Shown: one piece after another, positions 35,003 to 48,033 of the stretch | Layout of the letters: every line of letters begins with the position of its first letter | How positions within the stretch are numbered: the stretch's first letter is position 1 | From: Phyllosticta citribraziliensis | Taxonomy: Eukaryota | Length of the DNA: 64,000 nt | Assembly: GCF_038025025.1 (NCBI RefSeq) | Contig: NW_027117347.1 | Location: 1,674,001 to 1,738,000 of the forward strand | Reading direction: 5' to 3' | Translations under genes and position numbers: made by a program | The notes under the pieces: generated by a model | Told to the model about the DNA's origin: nothing | The model's database searches: none | What the model saw: the letters and a program-made list of their open reading frames with translations, nothing else

Positions 35003-36204
35003 TCAGGCGTAAATGTTGCAGTACGCACTGATCATCTTCTCAAGCGTTGGCTTCATCCCAAACTCCTCGACCATCTGTGGAATTCTGGACCCTCTGTCAA
35101 GTTTCCCGTCGCCATCCCAGTCAAAGCGAACGCCTCCATTTCGCTCGAACCCAAGATGCTCGAGCTGACTTTCCTCCAATAACCGTTTGAGCATAGGAAT
35201 CCAGGTAGCACCCTGTTCATCTGTACTGCAGCCGAAGATGGAAAGCTTGCGCAGAGACTGTAGGTTTTCTCCCTGCACCACGACATGGTGGAAACAATGC
35301 AGGAAACCAGCACCAGCGGATTCCATCTCACTAATGTTCAACAGCTCCAGTTCTTCCAGGCAGGCGTTAAAATACTCAGGTGGTTGACAAAGCACCACAT
35401 CGGAGACACTGAGAAATTTTGGATCGCGTCCAGTCAGATGGTAGCCATCAATCCAGAATGGCACATTCTCCGGCCTACAGTTCTTGATATAGATCCCGTA
35501 GTCGTTTGTGGTATTCCCAAACCAGATGAGATCGAAGTAACGCCCCCAGTCATAGAAGACTCGGAATTCAACGGAGCTTTCGATTCTTTCCAGCGCATAG
35601 TAAAATGGCAAGGATCGGGAGTCAGGCCGTCCTTGGCCGTCCGTTTAGCTCCTCCGAAGTCAAGCGAGATCCGCTCCAGATTTTCGAATCTTTTCAATGC
35701 TTGTGCGAGCATCAGGCCCAAGACAAGACAGTCATCTTCTTCTCCTGGTAGCTTCTTCAAGGCCGGGTCGGGGAAAGTTTTCTCCACATATTTGCGATGC
35801 CTTTTGAGGTCCCTTTGCCAGGAATTGGCAGGGAACTTGGTGAAATGCAAGTACTCAACGCTCTTGGCAAATCGAGTTTTGCTCAAGTTGACGAGAAGCC
35901 TTGCTTGCTTCCATGTCAGAGGGCCTTCGATGGTCGTGGACTGAGACTGAAAAGTCTTTTCCAGGTGGTTTCAGAGCGTCTTTGAGCTGACGGTGAGTGA
36001 TTTGAGATCTCGTCGCTGCAGCTTTCCACCGATCCTGCACACAACTTCTGCGGGCAGCTTCTCCAAATACGAAGGCGATGCCTCACGAGGGACAGGCTTT
36101 GTCGTTTTGCGAGACCGGGAGCTGTTCGATTTGCGAGGCTGAGGGGTCTTTTTGGCGCCGCCTTGAGGTTTCGTCAGGTTGTGAGATTTTGGTTTGGGTG
36201 GCAT
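35003..36204 (-). pseudogene. F-box protein, FDWDG-cap family member 2, disrupted
   Basis: F-box LEKLPAEVVCRIGGKLQRRDLKSLTVSS; in-frame TGA 35971-35973 (KTL*NHLEKTF); frameshift near 35620-35650 with no GT donor to explain it; intact cap VRFDWDGDGKLDRGSRIPQMVEEFGMKPTLEKMISAY. Confidence 0.85.
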
Positions 36205-36958
36205 GTCGACAACCATCCGGACGGGCGAGATGGGAGGCCAAACTGTGGGAGGATCGAGTAAGTTTGATGGGAAATGGCTGTATATACCACAGACCACTCG
36301 ATCCCTTGCACCGGTTACAATTCCGCTGATCCACTGGCAAATTGATATGCGGGTTCTGGCAGGCAAAGCCCACACAGCCGGAACGTGTCACACGATGCTC
36401 ACGCGCGAGCGAGTTCTCCAAGTCAAGCGCCAAAACTACTCCCATAGAGTCGCCAATCTGGAGGATCGCGAAGTTTCCATGGTTTCCAGCCGTTTCGGAA
36501 CCCATTCGTGGTGTTTACGGACACGTCTTCTGACCAAATCGACGCGTCAGAGGGGCTGAGGTTGATTTCCAGGGTCGTTTTCGCGTCTGCTCTCTTGCGT
36601 TGTAACACTGAAGCGCAAGCGATGCAGCCGTAAACGATTAGGAGACGTGAGGTGAAAACCCTCAGATCGTCGGCCGTGATCTGAAGGCTCCAGGCTGCTG
36701 CACTGGCTTTGCCATCTTGGGGCTCGGTGACGAAGCACTTGACTTCATTGACGCCATGAGTGGATAGAACCCGGGATCATGGACAGATGAAGGGATCAAT
36801 TGCTCGATGGGATGGGAATGGGGCTGTCTGCACTGCCCATAGTTCTGGAAGCCCGCGACGTACGGCCGAGCCCCGCACCAGGCCTAGTTTGCCCCTATGA
36901 TCCAGCAGCTCATGTAAAGACTGAGGATTGTGGACAGGAACGCCATCTCAAAAATCTC

Positions 36959-38113
36959 TCAACGAGCAACTTGACGGTAGGCATTTATCATCTTGTCGAG
37001 AGCCTGCTCCATCCCCAGTTCTTTGATGATTTCTGGCAGTCGAGTCCCGTTATCCAAATTTCCGTCGCTGTCCCAATCGAAGCGGACACCACGCACGTCT
37101 TCGAATCGTAGATTCTCAAGATGTTTGTGTTTTTTCAAGGCTTCAAAGAATGGTATCCATGACTCGTTTCTGCCTGACGGTTGGCATCGGACCAGGGACA
37201 GCTCGCGAAGATTATACTTCGGGTGGCTCACAAGACGCTGGAATGCGCACCTGCGAGCATCGCGGCCGAAAATACCGTCCTCATCGCCGTCCTCATCAGC
37301 GTGAAATTGGGCGAACTCGACAACGTCCTCAAGAAATAGCACATCTGGAGCTTTTGTTGGACTGTATATCCGATCAACAAAAGACTGTTTAACAAACATC
37401 TGTGAAAGTCGAAGGATTGAAGGGTATTGGCATCCACTCAGAAGCGTATTTGTGATGCCGCTCCACAAAGCCGCAAGCATGTCGTCCAGGTCAGTGAAGA
37501 GGTCGTTGCCACCGCGCAAAATCACTTCATCGATAGTGCGTTTGCAAATACCGAGCCGGGGAACTTCGCACCGGTAGTGGCGGTTGTCTGCCGAGAAGCT
37601 GATGTCGTGTTCTAGCCCCTGAAGCATCTGCGAAATAGTCTCGAAGCACCATGGAATGTCGTCTGGGTCGCCGCCCATGCCAAGAGACAAGTCCATGGGA
37701 TTCCAGAGCATGATGGAAACAGACTCCAGGTTTTCAAACCCTTTCAGCGCTTTGTGGGCTGTGGGGATAAATTGCTTTTTGTAAAACTCGGTTTCGGCAA
37801 AATTTGAAATCGAAGGCCGCTTGAAGACAATACTCGTGAGGTGTTTGGCGATCCTGCGTTCACCCACCCACTTGAAGTTTAACAGTTGAGAAAACTCCAA
37901 ATAGAAAGGTCGCACGGCACCCTTCAAAGCCCACTTCATCTCGCGGTCCATTTCATGGTGAAGCTTTTTGCTCGCCAGTCGTAGACTCAAAATGTCTCGA
38001 GGAGACACGAATCGAGCAATCGCAGACACCATTTCACCCGGCAATCTCTCCAGAGCTGAGTATGGTTGTTGAGAAAGTTCGGAAGCGATTAACATGGTCG
38101 CCTTGGCCGACAT
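36959..38113 (-). CDS. F-box protein, FDWDG-cap family member 3
   Basis: Intronless; F-box LERLPGEMVSAIARFVSPRDILSLRLAS; LRR-like FENLESVSI, LRELSLVRC; cap VRFDWDSDGNLDNGTRLPEIIKELGMEQALDKMINAY. Confidence 0.9.
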   Translation of the reverse strand: MSAKATMLIASELSQQPYSALERLPGEMVSAIARFVSPRDILSLRLASKKLHHEMDREMKWALKGAVRPFYLEFSQLLNFKWVGERRIAKHLTSIVFKRPSISNFAETEFYKKQFIPTAHKALKGFENLESVSIMLWNPMDLSLGMGGDPDDIPWCFETISQMLQGLEHDISFSADNRHYRCEVPRLGICKRTIDEVILRGGNDLFTDLDDMLAALWSGITNTLLSGCQYPSILRLSQMFVKQSFVDRIYSPTKAPDVLFLEDVVEFAQFHADEDGDEDGIFGRDARRCAFQRLVSHPKYNLRELSLVRCQPSGRNESWIPFFEALKKHKHLENLRFEDVRGVRFDWDSDGNLDNGTRLPEIIKELGMEQALDKMINAYRQVAR

Positions 38114-39053
38114 TGCTGTACGCGAGGTAGGAATCGGTACGCCGAGGTTTTGTGGCAAAACTCGTGGCACACACAACCCCCCAATCACCACACTCGGGGC
38201 TTGAATGCTCCTTGTCAGTCGCAATTATAGCGTATGAATGCTCCCAAGCCTAACACGGTGGGGTGGGATCGAGCGGGCGAAGCGTTGGCCGACGTAGGAT
38301 TTTGTGGGAGCCCAGATGGCGACGGGGCTCGAGGAGATGGCGAGAGGCCGAGTCGGGCGGACGTTTCCGCACGGTGTCTGTTTCAACGATGGCTCCTGGT
38401 GGCGAGGATGGTGATGAAAGGGTTGGGGCCTAGCGCGGCGAGAGTGCAACGGCGAGGACTGGAGTTGAGAGATGGTACAGGTACCACATAGGTAGGTACC
38501 GCAGACGCGTGCAGGTAGGCGCGCCGGGCAGGCGACGACGCTAACCCCGATACGGTAGCAAGAACACAACACCAAGGGGAAACAGACATGGAGCGCCCAC
38601 ACCAAACGCCATTGCCGCTGTCAATGGGGAGCCCAGCAAAGATTTCAAATCGCCGCATCCTAATCCAATAGCGAAGGAAACAGTCCCTCGTCAATGCTGC
38701 ACCTAGCTCGACCAGCCACGCCCGCGGAGCCATCCTTCAGCAATCAACACATCCTAAGCAAGCGAATCACAATTTCTTGTCTCTTACCAGCCTCCGGCCT
38801 TCGCGATTCGCCAAGTCAAAGAGTATAACTAGGATAAGCTCAGGCCAGTGACAAGAAACCGGCATGTGCGTTTTTCCGATCAGATATAAAAAGCCGGCCG
38901 CGTCCGGATGCGTGCGGTCGCGTTGAAACAAACCCTCCAGATCACCCAAGAGCCCCCTCTCGACCAGGGAGACGTGGTCACGTCTAGCTGACCCATTGTT
39001 CCTCTAAATCTTCCGATCCTTAGACTGCAAGGGGAGGCCAAGTTCAATGAAGT

Positions 39054-40507
39054 ATGATGGAAAGACTTCTTGACCTGTCGGCACAGGAGGAGGAAGCTCA
39101 AATCGGAAACCTGCAATCGACCGCCACCATGCTCAGACGTCGCGACCTAAATCCTTTAACGTCAAAACTGCCGACGGAGCTGGTCAACGAGGTCGCCCTA
39201 TATCTCGATGCCAAAAGTATCGCAGCTTTCAGGATCATGAGTAAGGCTGTTGCCGGTCGAATCGATAACGCGTTCAGCAAGCGCTTCGAGACCACGAAGT
39301 GCCGGTTGGCTCACGATTGTGAAGATACCCAAAGAGTGAAAGAGCTCGGCAAGAGCAAGTACGCCGACAAGGTCAAGCACATTGAATGGATTGAGACAGA
39401 ACCAGGTCTTTTTTCATCGTTGGGGAGGGAAGAGGTAAATCCGCGACTGGAGATGACTGGCGCTTGGTTGGTTGACGACTTTAGGATATTCGGGATCCTT
39501 CCGTCGCCAAAATCGATGAGTACCAGCGCTTGTTTGAAAAAAGGTTGCAGTTCATTTTGTCCCCACAGCGGTTCGGAAACCTGACATCACTTACACTGTG
39601 TGGGGAATACGATCTGCGCGAGGAATGCCTAGCAGGGCCCGAACGATGTGAAGGAGAGCTGCTCCTTGAATTCCTATCGTACGTTTTTGCCGGCACAATT
39701 AGGAGCTTGGAACAGCTGCTCTCTCGCTCCTGTAAAAGCCCCTTAGAAGTTCATGTGACGTATCAAAATTTGATGCGATGCACCATCTTTTGGGCTGGGG
39801 ATCGAGAAGAGTCTGGAGACATCATGATGACAAGTCTGTGCAGAGGCTCCGATCATGCCACAGAGACATATCATATCAGCACACTAACGTTTCAAGATGT
39901 TAACGGGCAATGGGTGCAACTTGACGAGGGTTTTGATTGTTCTTTCCACGAAAGAGCACTCATAGTTTGCACGCACTTCCTGGAAGTAAAGCTGCTGGGA
40001 CATCCTCTGAGAAGTCTTCATCTATCTGCCTTTGACATTCGGACGAGCGAGCTGGCACATCTTTGCTGCTATTGCGATGACCATTTTCCTATCACCCACT
40101 TTGAAATCTTGACCCTCGAACACTGTTCAATCCTCTCCGAGAAAGGCCGAACAACCCGGTACGTTGGACATGATGAGGTCTTTAGATTTGGGGGCTTCAT
40201 TTCCCGGTCAGAGAGGACACGCGAGCTGTCTCTAGTCGACATTAGAATTGAGCTAGAGCCAGGTGTCTCGTGGATCACAGTCTTCCAACACCTTCGTCGA
40301 TCCAAAACGCTGCAGAAATTCCGCTTCGAGAAGGTGCAGAACGTCTTCTTTGACTGGGACGGCAATGGGGAGCTCGATGACGGTTCAAGGCTCCCGAGCA
40401 TCATCGAGCAAAAGGGTCTCAAAGGGGCGCTCAGAAAAATGATTGGATGTTACCGCTACGTGCGGTCAGAGGATCAGGTGGAGGAGGCGGAAGAGAGCGA
40501 GTTGTAG
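39054..40507 (+). CDS. F-box protein, FDWDG-cap family member 4
   Basis: F-box KLPTELVNEVALYLDAKSIAAFRIMS; phase-0 intron 39435-39484 (GTAAAT...TTGAC...TAG) joins the two ORFs in frame; cap FFDWDGNGELDDGSRLPSIIEQKGLKGALRKMIGCY. Confidence 0.9.
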
Positions 40508-40825
40508 TCGAGCTCTGGGACTACTTCAGACGAGGAGGAGGAAGAGAGCGAGGAGGAATGGGAAGAGGGTGCCGGGCTAGCCTCAGACGTCGACCATTCG
40601 GAGGGGAATACTAGGGCTGCTTCAGAGGTGGAATAGTGGTGGGCTTCAGGGAGGGTCAGATTGGTCGGAGTTTTTTGGTTTCCATAGCAAAGTGGCTGTA
40701 TCCGGTTGAATGCGTCTTGTCTATACCCTGTACACATATTGGAATGCTCCTTACTTTCCCCGAGGCTCCTGTCCGCGGTGGCTCGAATGGTCCACGCCAA
40801 TCGTCTGTTGACGCGTAGACCGTCT

Positions 40826-42237
40826 TCAATGGTCAAAACCATCCGACCACATCTGTTCCTCTGTGCAATGACACCCAACAGTCAGGTTGGAACAGTCCAG
40901 GTCCTCGCGGACTCTGTAGGCCTCGATCATCCTGCGAAGTGCTTCCCGCATGCCAAAGTTTTGGGTCATTTCTGGCAGCCGCGATCCGTCATCCAGATTC
41001 CCGTCGCCGTCCCAGTCGAAAAACACACCACTGACCTTCTCGAACCGGAATCTTTCCATCATTTGACTTTGTCCCCGAAGACGCTTCAGAAACCAGGTTC
41101 CATGTACCAAATTGAGGAAGGATGGGAGCCTGCAGCAAACAATTGAAAGGTTTCGGCGCGCTCCATACCTCCTTGTGCACAGGCCCAACACGCGGAGAAG
41201 GCCGTCTTGAAAGTTATGTGATCCGTCGTAGCCTAGATGCTCAAAGTTGTAGAGAATCAAAGTATTTGCGTCTACCTCACGAGTCGCCTGATAGAAATTG
41301 GTGGTGAAAGTGCCTCTGTCTAGCTGAATGCAGTGCAGTCGGAGTGTGCATGGGCCGTGGGAATGCATGAAAAAGGCGCTGCGCTCTCTGAGTGGACACC
41401 TAGGGAGTTGCTCATAGACCGGCACACCGATGACATCTTGGTCTTGCAAGAACTTTTCCCAATCACGAGCTTCATTCTGCAAAAAGCGCACTGGCAGCGT
41501 TGGATGCCACGTCGCCGCCATTTGAGTTGTCTTCAGAGGGTCTCCTTTCCAAGGAATCTCACAGAGCCAACTCTTGAAGTCAAGACGCAGTCTCAGCGGA
41601 GTATCAAGGCTTTCGGCGAACAACCTCACGGCATCCGTGTTTGTATCAGTCATTGGCGACATGAATTGTAGGCGCGAGACTTTGGGCATGGTATTTTCAC
41701 ATCCAAATATACCTGAACAGTCCAAAGTGAGGGTCTGAAGGTTTTTGAATGAGCCAATCAAGTTCGGAAGCTGCACCGCCAATATCTGAGCGACGTCGGC
41801 GCGGAACTCCTCGAGGTCGTCTCGTCTTTCGCTATTGCTGGAGTCCGCTGTTGACGGTGGAGGAGCTGGGTCCTAGGACACCTTCAGTTCATGACAATCA
41901 AGTCTTGACATTGCCGAGGAGTTGGTCCTACAAGTCTGCCGGATACGAATTGCAAACTATCTGGTCTGGGCAAGACGAGATGCTTCACATAGTCGGAGAA
42001 ACAGCTCTCGTTCAATGTCTCCAGTCGCTCTAGCTCAGACGGTGCCAAACCGAAGCGTATCTCTGCGAATCGGGTCTTGAAATTGCAACGAGCCTGGCAT
42101 GCAATTTTGGCGCTGGCTAGCCTGAGCGATAGAAGACTCTGTTTGTCCAGATGACAAACGATTCTCTCCACCATTTCCGTTGGGAGTTGGTGGATGGCCG
42201 CATCGAGCCCAGAACAGGAAGATGACCTGCTGGCCAT
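40826..42237 (-). CDS. F-box protein, FDWDG-cap family member 5
   Basis: F-box IHQLPTEMVERIVCHLDKQSLLSLRLAS; phase-0 intron 41873-41931 (alternative donor 41946) restores the frame; cap FFDWDGDGNLDDGSRLPEMTQNFGMREALRRMIEAY. Confidence 0.88.
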
Positions 42238-44403
42238 ATTCGCTGTCTCCGTGAGGACTAAGGATTGGTGAGATCTGGCCCCCAAAGAAATGATGAAATG
42301 TTTTTGAAGTTGCGGCGTGGGAGTGTCGCGTCAACGCTGCAAAGGACGTGATGGCTTACCTAAGCAACTACCCTGTAACAACTAGGTCCCGAACCTCAAC
42401 CAAACACCCAGCATAACCACGACGCGATGAATTGTTTTCCTGTCCTCCAAATCATCTCAAGCTCAACAATTGCTCGACACTTCTCCTCTGTACACCATGG
42501 ACCCGTCATTCTGCTTCGCATTGCGCGCGATGACAATGTTTCATGGCAATAAGAGAAGGCCTTCCATCCACTCCCTCCGCAGGCTTCATGTATACTGACA
42601 GGTGGGTATTTGACGTCTACTCGCCATGCAGACAGCTATGACCTGCCCTCCATACAGAACGCATCCTGGCCGAGCCAGAGAGCAACAATCGACCTAATTC
42701 TCCCGTCGCGACAACGCGGAGGGACACCGCCAGCAGCCAATGAACCAGGCCGCGGACTACATTACATCTGCCGCGTCTACCTCGCACCCATGCCTCGCCT
42801 CATCTCTCTGCGCAACCGCAATCATCACCAAACCCACCGGGACCACCATCCACCGCCGGCCTCGCCAGCCATCCATCACCCATCCCGTCCTCCCATCTCG
42901 CCGACGCGTCCTCCACATGGATAAACCCTGCTCATACCGCAACGCCTCACCCTACCGCTAGCGCGCTCGCGTCGCGCCGCGCCGTCGCTGGGACGGATGG
43001 CGGGGAGCGCCCCGGGCCCCGGATGAGCTGCTCAAGCGAACGTCCGAGAGTGCTGGGCGACTGCCGGCTTGTGGGTTGGCAGGTGGACGACATGGGCGGA
43101 CAACGCAGCGGCGCGGCGCGACGCGACACAAGATGGCGATGGAATGGCGTGGTTTCAAGTGGCTGGGCGACGTCTGCGTGAAAAGTTGGTTGCGAGGACA
43201 CTGCGGCTCTTATGGTACCCGCTGTGGGCCGTTGGCCAACGAGGTCAGCTCTCTGCGCGTACGGGAGTCATTTCGAACGACAACACCAGGGCTCGAGCCG
43301 TACAGCGCGCTCTAACTCCAATCTCTCTCCAAATTCCACTGGCCATCCATCCGATCGAACCCAGAAACCAATCACCTTCAACACAGGTAAGCCCCGTCCA
43401 TGCACCCGCCAAGCCGCAAATCCAACACTACATACTGCACGCCTCGGGTAACATGCTACTTGGCATACATCGCGCAAAGCAGCATGCATGCACGCCAAGT
43501 GCAGTCTACACAATCAATCAGCGAGAGATCTGGCGGGGCCCGACGGTCCATTCGCTTTACGCGCTGCAATATTTGGGCTGCTGTTGCTCGGCATCTGTCG
43601 TGAACAGGCGTGGATGCGTCCTGTCGAGATGGGAACGGAGCTGTGTGGTGCGTCATGCATCGTGCGAGGTGCCCAATAGGTGGGCTGGTTGATAAGGTAG
43701 GTCGACTGCTGCACGTATACTTGACTTGCATTGCAGGCGCTCGCTCGCGTGGTCGGATGTGCAGCTGAACTGATAGCTGTCCTCCGGGTACTCGGACACC
43801 TGGGCCCAGCTTGGACGAGGCGAAAGGGGCGCGAAACAAAACAGCCGCATCTGACAACTCCATCAAATATTTGTGTCGGAGAGAGCAAACAGGTGGAGAG
43901 CCTGACTCCCAGGTTCTCGAGCGGGCTTAGCGGAAGCTTTGATCTGGCGTCCAGATCCCTCTTTGTCAAACACGGCTCAAACGCACATGCGAGAAGAAAC
44001 AAGCAGAGCATTCAACCAGAAGCCAATCCGAATCCAATTTCATTCTCTCCAATTTGGGACGAGTCTCGCTCGCCCTGTGCCTACGCTACGCTACGCTATG
44101 CCGCAGCTTCAGTCTTCGCAACATCAACAACAACAACCGCAATTTCCCTTCCTCCACATCGACTGACTGACTGTCTCGATCCACAAAAGCCGTAAACATT
44201 GACCTGACCCGACCTGACCCTCCCGCAAATGCAAGCGCAAGTGTACAACCAACCAAACAACCAAGCATCCACGCACGCAAGCACGGCACCAATCCCACAG
44301 CCCTCGGGACATTTTGCAGCAAATCAATCTTCTTCTTCGCTCGCTTGCTCGCTCGCTCATTGCAACAGCCAAATCGACGGACGGGAGGCAGGTAGACCAT
44401 CAT

Positions 44404-44450
44404 TACAACAACAACGACGACGACGACGACGACGACGACGATAACGACGA
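44404..44450. repeat. (ACA)n(GAC)n microsatellite within an SSR-rich intergenic region (about 44080-44680)
   Basis: acaacaacaacgacgacgacgacgacgacgacg, plus nearby (ctacg), (gact) and (ctcg) runs. Confidence 0.85.
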
Positions 44451-44819
44451 CAAAAACCCCGCGGAAAACAGAAATATGCCGCCCATCCGACCGCCCCACA
44501 GCAATGCAGCAGACTGACTGACTGAAGAATCCCGGCTCCCTCTATCAACGATTAATGACGACGGATTTGCTGGAAAAGAAAGGAGAACGAAGTGGCAGGA
44601 AAGCAGTGGTCTGGTATTTCTCTTTTCTTTGCAGACGACGACGAGGACGACAACGAGACGACGAGACGACGAGAAAAATGGCAATGATCATCAAGACGAT
44701 CTGGTGACGGTGGCGAAGGAGAGAAAAGGAGACGGTTTGATGGGAGATTCCAAGCTGGCGGTTTAGGAACAGACGGGACTGGAGAGCATCTCGCGCAACG
44801 ACGGCCGCGCAGACAAGCG

Positions 44820-46443
44820 TCATATGCGCTTGAGGGCGAACACGCGCTTCGGCGTCAGCCACCACTGGCTTGGGACGGCGGACTCGGGGCTTCGGGGCTG
44901 ATTCTGATTCGAGCCGCCCTGAGGATGTTGTTGCGGCGGCGGGTGCTGCGAGCTCCGCGGTGGCGACGTCGACGACGTCAAACTGCTCGTCTGATCATCC
45001 GCATACGGGGCGCGCAACTCGCACTGCCAGACCTTCCACGCGCGCAGCGACGCCAGGAACACGGCGCCGGAGACGAACATGGCGCCGACGAAGATCTGCG
45101 AGGGGATGTAGTTTGCCTCGCCAGTGCCGCGGATCAGCGCCATGGCGATGCTGTCGGCGAAGGTGGTCGGCAGCACCAGGCTGAAGCAAAGCATGCCGAA
45201 CGAGCTGGCGAAGTTCTGGATGCCCACCACGTCGGCCAGGATGGGCGGCACCGCGCTCCAGAAGGTGCCGCACACGGCGCCCGACGCGATGGCGAAGACG
45301 ACCAGCAGCCCGTAGCTGTTGGCGAGCGTCCACAGGACGAGGCAGAGCAGGCTGCACAGGATCGTCATCCCCAGCGCCATGTTGATGCGGCCGTAGGCGT
45401 CGGAGTAGTAGCCGATGATGGGGCGGCCAACGCCGAGGCCTAGGTTGAGCAGCGCGCCGAGCAGGCTGCCCTGGCGCGCCGTCAGGCCGATGGACGTCGC
45501 GTAGCTGGGCAGCGAGTACAGCAGCGAGATGTAGCCCAGCTGGGTGAGGAAGCCCCAGGTGAAGATGAGCAGGACCTCGACGCGGCGGAACTCCTTGAGG
45601 CCGACAAAGGCGCGGTGCTCCGTGGACAGCGCCTTGCCGCGCTCCTTGAGCAGCACGGCGCTGATGAGGTTGAAGACGAGGCTGCAGTACGCCAGGAAGC
45701 GGTAGGTCCAGGCGACGCCGAACTCGTTGACGAGGTAGCCGGCCGCGAGCGTGTAGCCCAGGCCGCCGATGCCCGCGCCGCTGGCTGCGAAGCCGATGGC
45801 CAGGCTCTGCCGCGACGAGAACCACGCCGGCAGCATCGACGTGCCCGTGATGTACAGGAAGCCCGTGCCCCAGCCAAACAGGAACCCCTGCGTCAGGAAC
45901 AGGTGCCAGACTTTGGTCGCGTACGACGCGGCGAGCATGGACAGGAAGACGACGACGGCGCCGAACACCATGGTGAAGCGCACGCCGAGGAAGTGGTTCG
46001 AGACGGAGATGACGGGCGACACGATGAGCGACTGCGAGATGGACAGCCCGCCTATCAGCGCGTACTGCCACCGCGTCGCGTCCGGGTACGAGTGATGCGA
46101 GACGAAGTAGTCGAGGAAGATGGCCCAGGACTGCTCACCGGTTAGCCCCCGTGGTTCTGTGAGAGACAACTCCACCTACGCTATTGACTCCTGCCGTATG
46201 GGCGTTGATGAGAAAGGCGCAGGCGGTGCACACCCAGCCATAACCGCCGTCGGGCGGGCCTTCGTCCAGCCGTGATGTGCTCGGGTCGGCGCGCTCGGGG
46301 TCCTGCGACTGCTGCGAGGACGCAGACGCAGGCGACGTGTGTGATCGATCGCTGCCCATGCCGCCGTTGGCATCGTACTGGTGGTGCTCGAGGAAAAGAG
46401 ACTCGCGTGGGCTCTCACGAATAGAGAAGGACTCTCTACTCAT
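44820..46443 (-). CDS. MFS monocarboxylate-transporter-like protein (Mch family)
   Basis: PPDGGYGWVC..AFLINAHT.GVNS|SWAIF, WFSSRQSLAIG.AASGAGIGG, GRP.IGY.SDAYGRIN; intron 46131-46179; about 12 hydrophobic segments. Confidence 0.93.
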
Positions 46444-48033
46444 CGCGCTCTCCAACGGATCAGGGCCGAAGAGAGAAGAGAGAGCGAGGGGGGAGAAGAG
46501 GAGGTGGTGGATTTTTGGGACGACGAGAACTGCAGATCAAAGCCAGCCAGCGTGCCAAAGAAAGGGGGGGGCGTTGGAGCCCGCGGCCCTTTTGCACCAT
46601 TATGTAGGTCCAAGGGGCCCCAGTGGGGTTGCGATAGTCTAGTCGTCTGCCGATGCGAAGCGTCGTGGGCCGGACCTAAAATTGATTCAAATCGAGCATA
46701 TCCCACGGGAGGCCAGTATGGGTTTTTTGTGCCTCTCCACATTCTCTCCACATGATAGCAATCGCTAGTGTGCGTCTTGGGCTCCCCTGTGACCCCCCAC
46801 GCCGCACTGCACATGGTGGATAAGTGCGCAGGATCTGTCGTATCATGTTTGAGATCTCTCCGTTGCTGGATACCACGAAGAGGCGAGGCAGCGTCGGCGT
46901 GGGTCAGTTCCAGGACGGAACTTTGAGCGCCCCCCGAAGGCAAAGTGTCCGTCCGATATGGGGAGTCATTGCCGTCATTTGTGAGTCTCTTGTCCCATGG
47001 TCCAATCTCCTGATCATCGTGACGTGGTCCGGAGTGTTGTGCTCGAGACAAGAGGCTGTTTGATACGAGGCCTTGCGGACGAAAAAGCCGTCACTGCAGC
47101 GTCAGACTTATATCTCGAGCCATCGTGGGGAGCGGTGAAAGTGAGGGAGCCGCCGCAGGCGGACCTTCCCTGCAACGACTAGTCTGGCGACGCGGACGTA
47201 TGCAACACCACGCCCACAGTCTACTGCCGCTAAGGGCTCCCCCAAAGTCGCCACTCACTGACTGCCCTGGTTGTTCATTGGGCGAACCGCTGGGAAAGCC
47301 CCTCACGCGTGGGACTCGTCGTTGTGGCGCCCTACGGCACTTCTCATGGCGGTCTCGCCAGTTCTGAGGGGTTCGTACTGTTTCTTCCAAGATGTGCTAA
47401 AGATGCAGCTAGTCAGTAGTAGGGACTGTGAAGCGTGGGAGCAGCGCGAGGGGTAGCTTTTTGCTTGCCGTCCTTGTCGCTCTAAATAGAGTGTAGACAC
47501 GGTGGGGAATGATGGATCTGATTTTTGTCAAACATAGTCGACGCATTTCGCTATTTCGAGCTCATGAGACCAGATGAAGTGATTGAGTCCGACCATACTC
47601 CCCATCTGTTTCTGAATTGGTTGTCTTCAAAGACGCGCGTGAGAATTGAAACCGTTTTGGTGGCAGGTCGCCGTGATTGGAGGGCTCGCGGGATCTTCGA
47701 TTGCAAGGAAGACCCATTTCCATATTCAAGGTGGGTATGAGACTCTCTACTGCGACTCATAGCACAATGCGTGGAGCCGTGAGAATAATGGAAAGCGACG
47801 TATTTCATTCAAATTATGGGTCATGTTGCCAAGGCAAACGCCATCGGTACCTCACAAAGCCTGCGATGGAACCAGCTCCTCAGATCCGTAGACCCAGGAG
47901 AACCGCAATAAGCCGTGAAGCCCTCAAGAAATCTGCCCTTGTCAGTTTTCCAAAGACTAGACGTATCCAGCCCTGCGGTCGAGGCTACACGCTAAAGCGT
48001 GTCGTCGACTCAGGGCACCATCGTCCTCGTTCC

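Noticed and set aside
41873..41882. Premature TAG in member 5
   Set aside because: The TAG is more simply the intron acceptor (CTGAA branch-like site just upstream), which gives an intact frame.
44995..46071. 358-aa Arg-rich ORF overlapping the MFS gene
   Set aside because: Alternative-frame artefact of very high GC3.
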